From contig CAZGCA010000028.1 in the NCBI GenBank assembly GCA_964524145.1, positions 1 through 61,943 on the forward strand: a stretch of DNA of 61,943 nucleotides, written 5' to 3'. The notes under the pieces were generated by a model. That model searched no databases, was not told the origin of the DNA, and was given only the letters and a program-made list of their open reading frames with translations. The DNA is from an uncultured bacterium. GTDB taxonomy: Bacteria; Hydrogenedentota; CAZGCA01. Positions 1 through 9,708 of this stretch are shown here, piece after piece; position 1 is the stretch's first letter, and each line of letters starts with the position of its first letter. The translations under genes and the position numbers were made by a program.

Positions 1-60
1 GTCAGCAAATGCTCGATGGCGCGTTGTAGTTTCTGGTTGGCCGGTAGACGAATCGTATAC
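1..60 (-). mobile_element. Internal fragment of an IS1380-family transposase gene (runs off the window edge)
   Basis: 1-60 is nearly identical to 4351-4410 inside the IS1380 transposase; minus strand reads YTIRLPANQKLQRAIEHLLT. Confidence 0.85.
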
Positions 61-61
61 A

Positions 62-427
62 AGCAGATTCTCCTGTCTCGCAGACATCCTCGTCAAAGAT
101 CGCCGGTACGACGAAGCAGAGGCAGTTGTTCGGGCCGCAATTGCCGTGAAAGACGACCCCTACCGCCGCACGTGGCTGGGCATCGTCCATGATGCCTCAG
201 GGAAGTATGAACTCGCCGAACAACACTACCTCGAGGCGATTGCTATGCAGCCCAGCTACGAGTATGGACACTACCGATTGGCACAGCTCTACGCGAAGCG
301 CGACAGACGGGACGAAGCTGTCGCCGAGTTCGAAACGGTGCTCAGACTCAAGCCCAGCCCTCAAAGAGTTGAGGCGGTGCAGGCACAACTCGAAAAGCTT
401 GCGGCACGCGAGTCCGCAGCCAACTAG
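62..427 (+). pseudogene. 3' part of a TPR-repeat protein, N-terminus replaced by the IS1380 fragment
   Basis: Frame of ORF 146..427 stays open upstream (LADILVKDRRYDEAEAVVRAAIAVK); TPR-like helices LGIVHDASGKYELAEQHYLEAIAMQP and YRLAQLYAKRDRRDEAVAEFETVLRLKP. Confidence 0.7.
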
Positions 428-513
428 GCTCGTCGAGCAGGCGCAAACGTTGCCGTGCGGTAGAACGCATGACTCTTGGGGTTCCGGGAATCGATTGCCA
501 CGTCATTCCATCC

Positions 514-1443
514 TCAACTGGATTCTTTGATCCATTCGATAACGTCATCGATAGATTCGCGGAGTCTGTACTTGGGCTTGTACCCTAGATGATTGGTCGT
601 TTTGGTTATGTCGGCGATGGAGTTTCTCAACTCGCCGGGACGTTCGGGACCATGTGCGCATTCCATCGCCGGACTTATGCGGGAGCAGAGCATATCGCCT
701 ATCTGGTTTACTGAAGTTGCCGTGCCCGTACCGACGTTAAACACATCGCCCGTGGTATCGGCTCTCATCGCCAGCACATTCGCTTGTACAATGTCGAGAA
801 CGTGAACGAAATCGCGTCTTTGCTCACCACCACCAAAAATCGTCGGGCGCTCACCACGAAGCAGTTGGGTAGTGAATATCGTAATCACGCCAACATAGGG
901 TGTGAACGTTTGTCTTGGCCCATAGGTATTGAAGTATCTCAGAACAACGCAATCGATGCCAAGTGTTTGCGTTACGTCAAGACAGAATTTCTCGCTCGCG
1001 AGTTTTGATATGCCGTAGGGCGATATCGGCTCAGTAGCATAGTCGATGTCTATCGGAGTTGGCGTTTCACTGTCGGCGTAAACCGCCATTGACGATGCGT
1101 ACACTAGCTTCTTGACTTTGCTGTCTTGAAGGGCACGTAGCAGCTTCAGCGTACCCACGAGGTTGTTATCGGCGGCGTCGTAGAAGTCCTCAACCGACGA
1201 GCGGATGCTGACTCTGGCGGCTTCGTGGAAGACGATATCGACTTCTTCGAGCGACTCGGTCAAGTCTTCCGGATTGCGGATATCACCGACTATGAGCTTG
1301 GCGTCCTGCGGCACGTTCTCCCGCTTGCCAACTGAAAGGTTGTCAAGCACGACCACGTCGAGCCCCTCGCCCAGAAGGGCGTCAGCAAGGTGAGACCCAA
1401 TGAATCCCGCCCCACCGGTAACCAGCGCTCGTGAGTAGCTCAT
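514..1443 (-). CDS. NAD-dependent nucleotide-sugar epimerase/dehydratase (extended SDR, GalE/WbpP-like)
   Basis: VTGGAGFIGS, YASS, PYGISK (YxxxK), LRYFNTYGPRQ, RDFVHV. Confidence 0.93.
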   Translation of the reverse strand: MSYSRALVTGGAGFIGSHLADALLGEGLDVVVLDNLSVGKRENVPQDAKLIVGDIRNPEDLTESLEEVDIVFHEAARVSIRSSVEDFYDAADNNLVGTLKLLRALQDSKVKKLVYASSMAVYADSETPTPIDIDYATEPISPYGISKLASEKFCLDVTQTLGIDCVVLRYFNTYGPRQTFTPYVGVITIFTTQLLRGERPTIFGGGEQRRDFVHVLDIVQANVLAMRADTTGDVFNVGTGTATSVNQIGDMLCSRISPAMECAHGPERPGELRNSIADITKTTNHLGYKPKYRLRESIDDVIEWIKESS

Positions 1444-2405
1444 GTTGCAGATCCTTCGTCAGACGTTCTCCCGAAATTCACTATCCGTTCAGGTGTGACT
1501 ATGGCGGTGTCAATATCCTCCGTGGTCGTCACCTCTGATTCCGGCAGGATCACGCAGTTCGATATGTCAATAGGATTGCGGATCAAAGTCTCGTCACCTA
1601 TGACAGCATTCTCGATGCACGTTCCCTCGGACATCTGCACGTTCTCGCCGATGATACTCCTGCGGCCCAGACGTTTCAGTTCGAGCATGTTTATTGCCAG
1701 AAGGTCTTCCGGAAACGTAAGGTTGAGATCTTCCTTGATGAGAGTCCGGTGTCTGACCTTGAACCCGTAGTCTATCATAATCTGTACAGCGTCGGTGATC
1801 TCATACTCGTCCCGCATCGCCGTGCGCGGCGTCCGCCGGATGCAATCGAAGATGTGCTGGTCAAAGAGATAGAGGCCGCACCCTTTCGTCCTGGTCGAGA
1901 TGTAGCGCGGCTTCTCGACAACTCGCGACACATAACCGTCTTCGCTGGCAATGACCGCAAAGTTCCGTTTGATCGCGTCAGGATCTTTTTCAACCATCGT
2001 TGCGAGTACTGCATTAGCCTCGCCGGACCGTAGATCATCCAGCATCGGCGATAGGTCATCAGTTATAAAGAAGATGTCTCCAAGAAACAGCAGGAACGGC
2101 CGGTCCACGAGCGACTCGATCTTGCCCACAGCGTGCGCTATTCCCAACGTCTCACCCTGGTCCACATACCTGATCTTGACTCCGTACTTGCTGCCGTCCC
2201 CCAGTTCATTTGCGATACGAAAGCCGAGATGTGCAATGACAATAAACACCGTCTTTATCCCCAGCGAGCACATCGTTTCGACCTGGTACTCTATCAAGGG
2301 CTTGTTACAAATCGGCAACACCGGCTTTGGATACCTGTCGGAAAACGGGAACAGCCGCGTACCCTTGCCGGCAGCCAGAATCACTCCCAAAACATCATCT
2401 TTCAT
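1440..2405 (-). CDS. Sugar-1-phosphate nucleotidyltransferase (RmlA-long/GlgC-like) with C-terminal hexapeptide region
   Basis: ILAAGKGTRL, PKPVLPI, LGD, VEKP, EYEITD; overlaps the next gene by 4 nt. Confidence 0.92.
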   Translation of the reverse strand: MKDDVLGVILAAGKGTRLFPFSDRYPKPVLPICNKPLIEYQVETMCSLGIKTVFIVIAHLGFRIANELGDGSKYGVKIRYVDQGETLGIAHAVGKIESLVDRPFLLFLGDIFFITDDLSPMLDDLRSGEANAVLATMVEKDPDAIKRNFAVIASEDGYVSRVVEKPRYISTRTKGCGLYLFDQHIFDCIRRTPRTAMRDEYEITDAVQIMIDYGFKVRHRTLIKEDLNLTFPEDLLAINMLELKRLGRRSIIGENVQMSEGTCIENAVIGDETLIRNPIDISNCVILPESEVTTTEDIDTAIVTPERIVNFGRTSDEGSAT

Positions 2406-2429
2406 CTTCGAACACCGCTCCCAGTAAAC

Positions 2430-3167
2430 TCACAAGCTGTGAATGATGCGAAGCTGGTACAGCCATAACTCTATTCTCAAGTGCAGCAAAAACGCAAGCA
2501 TTTTCAGCCCCGTCTTGAACGGCTTGAGTTTTGAGATACCCCCTTGTCGCTCGCGATGCGTGATGCCCACCTCGCTAACCTTAAAACCGCGCGCGTTTGC
2601 GCGGAGAACGATTTCCGTGGGCGTCGGGTATCCGGCCGCCTCGAATCGTAGGCTGCGCAGCATATCACCCTTACACAACTTGAGCGCACAGTTGGTGTCG
2701 CGTAAGCTCACTCCGAACAACACTCGAATGATCATGTGCAGAACGCGGTCCGCGAGCACGCGAAAAGCCGTGTCCTTCTTCCCCATTCTGAAACCGGTGA
2801 CCAGGTCCGCATCATCCTCCTGCAGCTTCTCGAGCAGGCATTTGTACTCTCCTGCATCAAACTGGCCGTCGGAGTCTATCGTAAGCACGTATTCACCTTT
2901 CGTCGCCATGATGGCGTTGGCAAGTGCTTTTCCGTAGCCATAGTTTGTGTCGTGTGTTACTACACCAAGCTCTGGCATCTCGGTCTGTAGGTCGCGGAGT
3001 ATCTCTCCCGTTCTGTCGCTGCTACCATCGTTCGTAATGACGATCTCGCCCGCGATCCCTTCCTCCCGGAGGATTCTCCGCCAGTCGAGAACCGTGTCAC
3101 GGATGTTCTCTTCCTCGTTGTAAGCCGGCGAAGCGATCGAAATAAGGGGAGTAGCGATGTCGTCCAC
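2430..3167 (-). CDS. GT2 polyprenyl-phosphate glycosyltransferase (DPM synthase/ArnC-like)
   Basis: PAYNEEENI, NDGSSD, NYGYGKAL, IDSDGQFD, DTNCALK, R..G.SK. Confidence 0.9.
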   Translation of the reverse strand: MDDIATPLISIASPAYNEEENIRDTVLDWRRILREEGIAGEIVITNDGSSDRTGEILRDLQTEMPELGVVTHDTNYGYGKALANAIMATKGEYVLTIDSDGQFDAGEYKCLLEKLQEDDADLVTGFRMGKKDTAFRVLADRVLHMIIRVLFGVSLRDTNCALKLCKGDMLRSLRFEAAGYPTPTEIVLRANARGFKVSEVGITHRERQGGISKLKPFKTGLKMLAFLLHLRIELWLYQLRIIHSL

Positions 3168-3174
3168 GCCGGCC

Positions 3175-3531
3175 TCAGGTTCTCGAAATGCAGTATACGC
3201 CTACGCAGATTACCGCGATACCCGCGATGCGCATCGGTGAAAGGGTCTCGTGGAAGAAGATGTGCGCCATCACCGCCGCAAAGATGTAGCCCAGGCTAAT
3301 CATCGGGTACGCGTAACTCACGTCAACCTTCGAAAGCACAACCAACCATACACACACGCTGACCACGTAGCATGCAAGGCCTCCGATGACGTGGTAATTG
3401 ATGAAGACTCTCATGACGGTCTGGGGGAGTTCCGCCAACGAGAACCCAAGCGTGCCCGCGTTAGACATCCCCACTTTGAGAAGCAACTGAGCGATAGCGT
3501 TCAAGAAAACGCCTAACAGTATAAGTCTCAT
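3175..3531 (-). CDS. SMR/EamA small membrane protein, ArnE/ArnF-like lipid-sugar flippase subunit
   Basis: Four TM helices, AQLLLKVG, LSKVDVSYAYP, F(H)ETLS..RIAG; ATG at 3531 after a GAAAGG RBS. Confidence 0.82.
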   Translation of the reverse strand: MRLILLGVFLNAIAQLLLKVGMSNAGTLGFSLAELPQTVMRVFINYHVIGGLACYVVSVCVWLVVLSKVDVSYAYPMISLGYIFAAVMAHIFFHETLSPMRIAGIAVICVGVYCISRT

Positions 3532-3581
3532 TGTTCTGCCCCTTTCGGCAAGAGTTGTATCTTGCTCTGCTGCCGTTTTAG

Positions 3582-5262
3582 CCGACATTTCCCATATGGA
3601 CCCGCTCGCGACCGCCGCGACCCTGTTCTTCGCCATTATGCGGCCAGCGGTGGCTGTTGTCAACACTCGTTCGTCATAGGATCCATTAGGTACCCCGAAA
3701 TGCCTGAGGGAATGCGACCTTTAAGCGTGCGATTTCTGAGTTTGCGCAACCTGAGGCAGACCATCCCCGCCAGGTCCTGTCCCGTCTTCATTGATACTTT
3801 CGGTCGTCGTCTTCCTAACGTCCGTGCTGGTAACGGCGACCCAAGCCGCCGGATGCGTTGAAGAATGTCATCGAACAACCGTTGGGGAATAGCCACCTCG
3901 GCCATCTGAAACGTGACGTACCGTGCGTGAGTCACGACCTTGGCACCGATCTTGACCAGCTTCTCTCGCAATGTGGTCAACGACCAGTGCTTTACACTCC
4001 GGGGTAGCGCCAGCCTGCGCAGGAAGTTGCCCAGGTTGTACGCCAGTGCGAACAACTGCAGCCGTACCTGGTTGTCCACGAAGTCATGGCAAGAGAGCCG
4101 GGTCCACTTCACTGCGTTCTTGCCTTCCTTGATCCACTGTTCCGCAATACGCCGCCCGTTATAGAACTTCACCACAGCCGCATCGCTCCGGCGCAGGTTT
4201 GTGACAATGAAATCCACACGAGGAAACAGCTCCCCCTGATGCCACTCCACCTTGGCCACCACGCGACGAGTTTGATCCCAACTCTTGGCCTGATAGGCAA
4301 AACTCTCGTAGAGGACCTTCGGCTTCTTCGAGGGACGACCTACTGGACTCGTGAGCAAATGCTCGATGGCACGTTGTAGTTTCTGGTTGGCCGGTAGACG
4401 AATCGCATACAGGTAGTCTTCCTCTTCGAGAAATGCGTAGATGTCTGGGTTCGCAAATGCGGCGTCCCCCCGGAAGAATCGGCGGATGTCCGCCTCCCGG
4501 TAACGGGCCACGACTGGCTCCACCACACTGTGCCAGTCGTCGGCGCTGTGGACTTGGCCCTCGCGAAGCAACGCTCGTTCCAGGTCTCCAAACTGGTTGA
4601 AGCAGAACAAGGGATGATAGCAGGTGCAGCCAAAGTGTCCGTTGTACGCTGTGCCCTCCTGCGCACCGTAGGTTTCACTTACCGAACTGTCCAGGTCCAG
4701 GATCAATTCACGAATCGGTTTGCGTTCCCGCACCCGGTCAATCCACTTGCCCGACAAGCCCATCAGCGCATCCACATGGTAGAGGTCCGTCAACACCTCG
4801 GTTTCGAACCGGCCCATCTGGCTTGTGGAAGCTGCGCTACGCTCTTTTGCACTCCCACCCACAACGTGTCGCATGGCCGGGTCCACACAGAGCCGTTCGG
4901 CGTCGTTCGTGTCTTCGTAACCCGCCAATCGGCTGAAGACCGACTGGCGCAACAGGCCCGTCAGCGTATCCCGCGTGTTCTGCCCGGTTCTCCAATCGTC
5001 GAACACATCCTCCGACATCACGGTCAGCCCCAGCGCATCATCCAGTTCCCGGTACGCCAGCAGTCCAGCATCGCTCGTAACCCTGGAACCATGAAACTCG
5101 AGCTTCACACTCCGGTCAAAACTGACTCGTAACGCGGTCTCTTTCGTTTCACCCATTGGATTCCCCACTGTCTTGTGTCGTCATCCTCAGAACACCCTTT
5201 GTTCATAGGGTTAAACGATGTCGGCGGTTCTTAAGATGACTTCTTCAAATGGGAAATCCGGG
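3582..5262 (-). mobile_element. IS1380-family insertion sequence (about 1.68 kb)
   Basis: Imperfect terminal IRs CCGACATTTCCCATAT (3582-3597) and CCCGGATTTCCCATTT (reverse of 5247-5262), 12/16 match; no clear target duplication. Confidence 0.8.
3660..5168 (-). CDS. tnp: IS1380-family DDE transposase
   Basis: TSDAGLL, AGYED.ND, LDLDSS, YHPL, RGDAAF, FIVTNL, EQWIKEGK, LAYNL; true start may be the ATG at 5156. Confidence 0.95.
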   Translation of the reverse strand: MGNPMGETKETALRVSFDRSVKLEFHGSRVTSDAGLLAYRELDDALGLTVMSEDVFDDWRTGQNTRDTLTGLLRQSVFSRLAGYEDTNDAERLCVDPAMRHVVGGSAKERSAASTSQMGRFETEVLTDLYHVDALMGLSGKWIDRVRERKPIRELILDLDSSVSETYGAQEGTAYNGHFGCTCYHPLFCFNQFGDLERALLREGQVHSADDWHSVVEPVVARYREADIRRFFRGDAAFANPDIYAFLEEEDYLYAIRLPANQKLQRAIEHLLTSPVGRPSKKPKVLYESFAYQAKSWDQTRRVVAKVEWHQGELFPRVDFIVTNLRRSDAAVVKFYNGRRIAEQWIKEGKNAVKWTRLSCHDFVDNQVRLQLFALAYNLGNFLRRLALPRSVKHWSLTTLREKLVKIGAKVVTHARYVTFQMAEVAIPQRLFDDILQRIRRLGSPLPARTLGRRRPKVSMKTGQDLAGMVCLRLRKLRNRTLKGRIPSGISGYLMDPMTNEC

Positions 5263-5550
5263 ATCAGATAGAGCAACCTGTTCCGCATACTATCCTCCAG
5301 GCCAAAGAGTGCTGACTCACAGAATACGCGGGCGGCCCTTGCTGCTATTGTAAACCTATACAGACCGAGCCGCCGCCTCGGATGTGCAAAGGATAGCGTT
5401 TTCCAGCTATCCCATCAATGGTTAGCTGCACACGGCTTCACTCACGCTTTCTCTGCAGTCATCCCTTGAGATGGCCCCAAGCGGGAGACCGAGACCGGCG
5501 TGCCGTCAAAGATGCTATTTGATGTATCCCAAGGATCTCAAGTGTTCTTT

Positions 5551-8532
5551 TTATTTCTCGGTAAAGGCCGCCTTCCCTGGCTTGACGTGCGCCCTGTTTT
5601 CTTGTGCGTCATCAGCCCATTTCCGCAAGACCGTCTCCATTTGGAGCACGACATCTTCGTTTTCCTCAGCAACGTTCTCTTGTTCTACCGGGTCATGGTC
5701 CAAGTTGAACAGCTCTTTCGAACCCGTCTCTGGATCATAGATAAACTTCCACCCGTGCAGTATCACGGACTGCAGTGTAGCGTCTTTTCTGGTCTCACTG
5801 ATTATTGCCTTATCCCTGAGTGCTTGATGGTCCACCAGATCGATGAGCGATCCCTCGAATTCGCATCCCTCTGGGCTTTTCAGACCGATCACGTTCATGA
5901 TAGTTGGCAGCAAGTCAATCAACCCGACATGTTCACGTACAACGTCTGCCCGAGGGGTCCCCGGTAGCTTCATTATCAGCGGTACGTGCAACAGCTCCTG
6001 GTATAAGGTTCTCGTGTGCCCAATCCAGTGATCACCACGCTCTGAGAACTCCTCACCATGAGCACCGGTCACGATGATTAACGTTTCATCATATACGTCC
6101 CATCTCTTCAATTCGTCTATTAGCCTTCCAATACAGTCATCTGTAAAGGCAATCTCACAGTCATACAAGGCTTGGACGAAAGCGAGGTCTTCCGACGAGA
6201 TGCTTGGGAGCATTTCTCGCAGTTCAGAGATAGACATACCACTGTGGATCGGCCCGTCATAGTCTTGGTGATACTCGCAACCATCGTGTAGGATGTAATC
6301 ATAGTGGGGATCGAAGTAGTGCAGGAACAGGAAGAAAGAACCGCGGTCCCTGGGGGGTGCCTTGCACATTCTCAAGAAGGAGATGGCCTTCTCTGTTACA
6401 GACGGTGACGAGACATGACCATGGCCTTTTGCGTTCTCCTGGTCATATGAATCGAATCCCCGCTCAAACCCGAGAGAATGGGAAAGGAGGGTGTGGGACA
6501 CGATGGCTTTTGTTTGATAACTCCTTCGCTTCAGAAGCTCGGCCAATGTTGGGAATCTGTCATCGATGACAATCGGCTCATCCTCAAATCCGAGAACCGC
6601 AGGAGATTGGGATGTGAGGATGCTGGCAACGGACGGAGTTGTCCATGGTGCCTGAGCAATGGCATTCTTGAACAGTACGGATTCCGCCGCAAGTATGTCC
6701 AGGTTTGGCGATGTGTTTCTCTCGTACCCATAACAGCCAAGATGGTCGGCCCGCAATGTATCAACTACTATCAAGACAACGTTTGGTCCTTGGGGGCTCG
6801 GCTTGATCTTGCTGGGGAACGCAAGTGCAAGCTTGAGGTTTTCCGAAAAGTCATGAGTGTTGTATATTTTGCGTTCGATTATCTCAATGCTCTCGAGATT
6901 GTTCTCTATCCATTCGGGAGCTCTTCCTTCTTCGACTGCCTTCCGGTACATGCCTCGGCCGATCTTCTCAGAGGATATCAGGATGGAGCGTATGTCTTCT
7001 GCCAGCGTAAACAACCCGTACTTGTGGGCCGGTCTGGCGGAATTCATCTCTGTACGGGCCAGAATCGCATCCGTTAATCCAAACACGCTTATGATTCTCT
7101 TGTCAAAGCTTACGTAGCTCTTGACACACCAACCCTGACATAATATCCGACTCTCTCTAAGTTTAGGGTTGGCCAAGGCGGCCTTAAAGAGTTCAGGGTT
7201 CTCCGCTATACGCTTTGCGAAAAGGCTTTGCGTATTCTTGTGTTCACGGAACGTCTTCGAATTCACCTTCTTCCCCCATGAAAAGTAATGCAGGTCTCCG
7301 CGTTGCCTGTGAAAAGATGCATCACCGATCCCGTTCTTGTTTGCATACTCTTCCTCGAAAAGGAGAGGGTGGCGACCCTGAAGCTGGCGAGGTAGGAAAG
7401 AGAGAACGAGTAACGCAAGGACAACGCCTGCCAGGGGCATCAGCCGCCTGTACCTGTCAGCACAAAACGTGTTGCACGCGTGCTCCATAAGACCCGAAAA
7501 CGCACAGACTGCAAGGCAAAAGGGAAAGGCAAGATATCTGTAATGACCGTGATCTCCGCCAATCTTTATCACATACAAGGTGACAGAAGCGGCTGCCAGA
7601 ATCATCATCAAACGCTCCCCAACCTTCAGGTTAACGCGTTTTGTTCTCAGCAGAACCATCAATGCCAAGAAGACGGTACCTACAAGATAACAGTGGTACG
7701 CTCTCAGAGTATCGTGCAGGTATATGAGTCCCTGTTTGATATTAGTCACATTCTTCAGATAGAAGGTGTTAGGAAACAGGTCCGCGTAGTAGTATATTCT
7801 GAAGATGGTCCAGTAGCCCATAAGAGCAGCAGCGACGAACACCATTCCGAACGGGAACTTCTTCCGCCGCACCCAACCCCAGAGGGAACACAGAACAAAT
7901 GGAACGACCAATTCATGCCGGACCAGTGGCGAGACGGCCAAGAGGAATTGCAGAGCTTTTGATCTAGGATTAAGGATGTATAGTGCGTAGGCAACGGCTA
8001 TGACCTGGACCAACGGCGTTTCCATCCCTGAAGAGAAATAGCAGAGCACACCGTAATTGAATGCCAGATACGCTAAAGGGAAGTCTATGACCGGCGTTCC
8101 AGGCGAGAGCTTTCTGTTCACTCGCACAACCATCAGGGAGAACACTGTGAATGTGACGAAGGCCGTCAAGCGCACAGCAGCCCAATAGGTCATTCCTGTT
8201 AGGCGCATCAGGATGAGCAACACCGCCCACAGTGGACTGCTAAAACCCTCGACATACTCCCCCGGATTATAGACCAGTCCGTTACCCCAGAACAGGAGGT
8301 TGTCTATGTATCTGAAATAAACAAACGCATCATCCAGAAGCCAGAAATAGCACATGACAAGAAACAGGCCACCTGTGATATAGAACCACTCGACTGGCGA
8401 GGGCGCCTGAACCCTTAGCGGCTTGCGGCTTTTCTCAAGGGCAATCTTCTCGTCTGCCAAGGCTTCACAGCCTCTCGGTCCGTACTCATCCGTGTCAGTG
8501 GAGTCATCCACAATGTTCGCTTGGTCTGTCAT
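5551..8532 (-). CDS. GT-C-type multi-TM glycosyltransferase-like domain fused to a C-terminal sulfatase-superfamily domain; premature stop 11 codons before the natural end
   Basis: N-terminal DDAFVYFRY..N...GNGLVYNPGEYVEGFSSPLW and about 10 TMs; C-terminal PNVVLIVVDTLRADH, APWTTPS, HYFDPH, HGEEF, LHVPLI, ELFNLDHDPVEQEN. Confidence 0.82.
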   Translation of the reverse strand: MTDQANIVDDSTDTDEYGPRGCEALADEKIALEKSRKPLRVQAPSPVEWFYITGGLFLVMCYFWLLDDAFVYFRYIDNLLFWGNGLVYNPGEYVEGFSSPLWAVLLILMRLTGMTYWAAVRLTAFVTFTVFSLMVVRVNRKLSPGTPVIDFPLAYLAFNYGVLCYFSSGMETPLVQVIAVAYALYILNPRSKALQFLLAVSPLVRHELVVPFVLCSLWGWVRRKKFPFGMVFVAAALMGYWTIFRIYYYADLFPNTFYLKNVTNIKQGLIYLHDTLRAYHCYLVGTVFLALMVLLRTKRVNLKVGERLMMILAAASVTLYVIKIGGDHGHYRYLAFPFCLAVCAFSGLMEHACNTFCADRYRRLMPLAGVVLALLVLSFLPRQLQGRHPLLFEEEYANKNGIGDASFHRQRGDLHYFSWGKKVNSKTFREHKNTQSLFAKRIAENPELFKAALANPKLRESRILCQGWCVKSYVSFDKRIISVFGLTDAILARTEMNSARPAHKYGLFTLAEDIRSILISSEKIGRGMYRKAVEEGRAPEWIENNLESIEIIERKIYNTHDFSENLKLALAFPSKIKPSPQGPNVVLIVVDTLRADHLGCYGYERNTSPNLDILAAESVLFKNAIAQAPWTTPSVASILTSQSPAVLGFEDEPIVIDDRFPTLAELLKRRSYQTKAIVSHTLLSHSLGFERGFDSYDQENAKGHGHVSSPSVTEKAISFLRMCKAPPRDRGSFFLFLHYFDPHYDYILHDGCEYHQDYDGPIHSGMSISELREMLPSISSEDLAFVQALYDCEIAFTDDCIGRLIDELKRWDVYDETLIIVTGAHGEEFSERGDHWIGHTRTLYQELLHVPLIMKLPGTPRADVVREHVGLIDLLPTIMNVIGLKSPEGCEFEGSLIDLVDHQALRDKAIISETRKDATLQSVILHGWKFIYDPETGSKELFNLDHDPVEQENVAEENEDVVLQMETVLRKWADDAQENRAHVKPGKAAFTEK

Positions 8533-8619
8533 CGGGCCGTTTCCCCTTAGTCTGCAATCTTCCCGAAACAGCGAGCTGCTCAAATGCGTGATGCCTCTGC
8601 CCGTGCAGCTCGAACAGAT

Positions 8620-9696
8620 CTACAGCACTACAATCGCCTTCAGGGGATTGCCTTCGCGCGCCTTCACCTTGGCGAGAGCGTCCACGAGATCTTCGAGCGC
8701 GTACTCGTGCGTGAAGAGTGGGTCGAGGTCGACAAGTCCTTCCGCTATGGACCTGATCGCCGTCGGCCAGACGAGCGGTGCCAGCCACGAAAACCGTATG
8801 GTTTTGTCCCAGAGTATTGATTCGAGCACCGGCACTTTCAGGAGCGTGTCGTCGCCCGGCAGTCCGAACAGGACGATAACGGACCGTCTGCCGGTTATCG
8901 CCAACGCGGTCTCCATCGGTTTTTCGGAGCCTGTTGCGACGATAGCCCTGTCGGCCATGAGACCTCCCGTCAGGTCCGCGATAGCAGATTTCAGGTCTTC
9001 GACGTAGTACTTCGAGCTTGCGTCTTGAGGATTGAAGACAAAGTCCGCGCCAAACTGTTTCGCCGCGTCGAGTCGGTAGTCGCGTGTGCCCACCACCGCT
9101 GTCTTCCCCGCCCCGCGCGATTTGATCAGCTGCAGCATTACGAGACCGATCGGGCCCGGCCCGAAGACGACACAGAAATCGCCCGGCTGGACGTCAAGAT
9201 TCTTCACGCCGTAGGTTGCGCATGCAAGCGGTTCCGCGAACGCACCCTGTTTGAACGTGACGTTGTCCGGTAGCTTGTGGACAGCAGTGTACTTGGCTTT
9301 GACATACTCGGCGAACCCGCCGTCGCACGAGACGCCCAGCACGGATTTCGTCTCGCAAAGGTTGGGCTGCCCTTTGCAGCACGTGTCGCACGCGTTGCAG
9401 AACTGGACCGGGTCCGCCGTCACCCGGTCTCCCGGCGCGAACAGACCTTGCCGCGCGGGAATCTCGCCGACCTCTTGAACCACTCCCGATAACTCGTGGC
9501 CGAGAACGAGCGGGCCCTTTCCCGATTCGGTCTCGAGCGACGAGTCGCCGAAGTAGTACGCGACGTCGGAACCGCAGATGCCAGTCGCTTTCACCTGGAT
9601 GAGAACCTCGTCCGGCCCGAGGCTCGGTATATCGACCTCTTCGAGTTCCATCTTATTGGGCTCGTAGAAGATCATCGCTTTCATCTTGTCAGCCAT
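8620..9696 (-). CDS. Zn-dependent (MDR) sugar-alcohol dehydrogenase, sorbitol/iditol DH-like
   Basis: GICGSD, GHE, CxxCxxC..x7C structural Zn site, GPGPIG; GGAGG RBS. Confidence 0.92.
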   Translation of the reverse strand: MADKMKAMIFYEPNKMELEEVDIPSLGPDEVLIQVKATGICGSDVAYYFGDSSLETESGKGPLVLGHELSGVVQEVGEIPARQGLFAPGDRVTADPVQFCNACDTCCKGQPNLCETKSVLGVSCDGGFAEYVKAKYTAVHKLPDNVTFKQGAFAEPLACATYGVKNLDVQPGDFCVVFGPGPIGLVMLQLIKSRGAGKTAVVGTRDYRLDAAKQFGADFVFNPQDASSKYYVEDLKSAIADLTGGLMADRAIVATGSEKPMETALAITGRRSVIVLFGLPGDDTLLKVPVLESILWDKTIRFSWLAPLVWPTAIRSIAEGLVDLDPLFTHEYALEDLVDALAKVKAREGNPLKAIVVL

Positions 9697-9708
9697 CTCG
9701 CACACCTC

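Noticed and set aside
3532-3666. N-terminal extension of the flippase ORF to 3666
   Set aside because: It runs into the IS1380 right end; the ATG at 3531 has an RBS and gives a normal SMR length. Similar over-long ORF-track starts were trimmed for about 20 other genes.
3577-5267. Target-site duplication of the IS1380 element
   Set aside because: Flanks TTTAG and ATCAG do not match, so no TSD is claimed.
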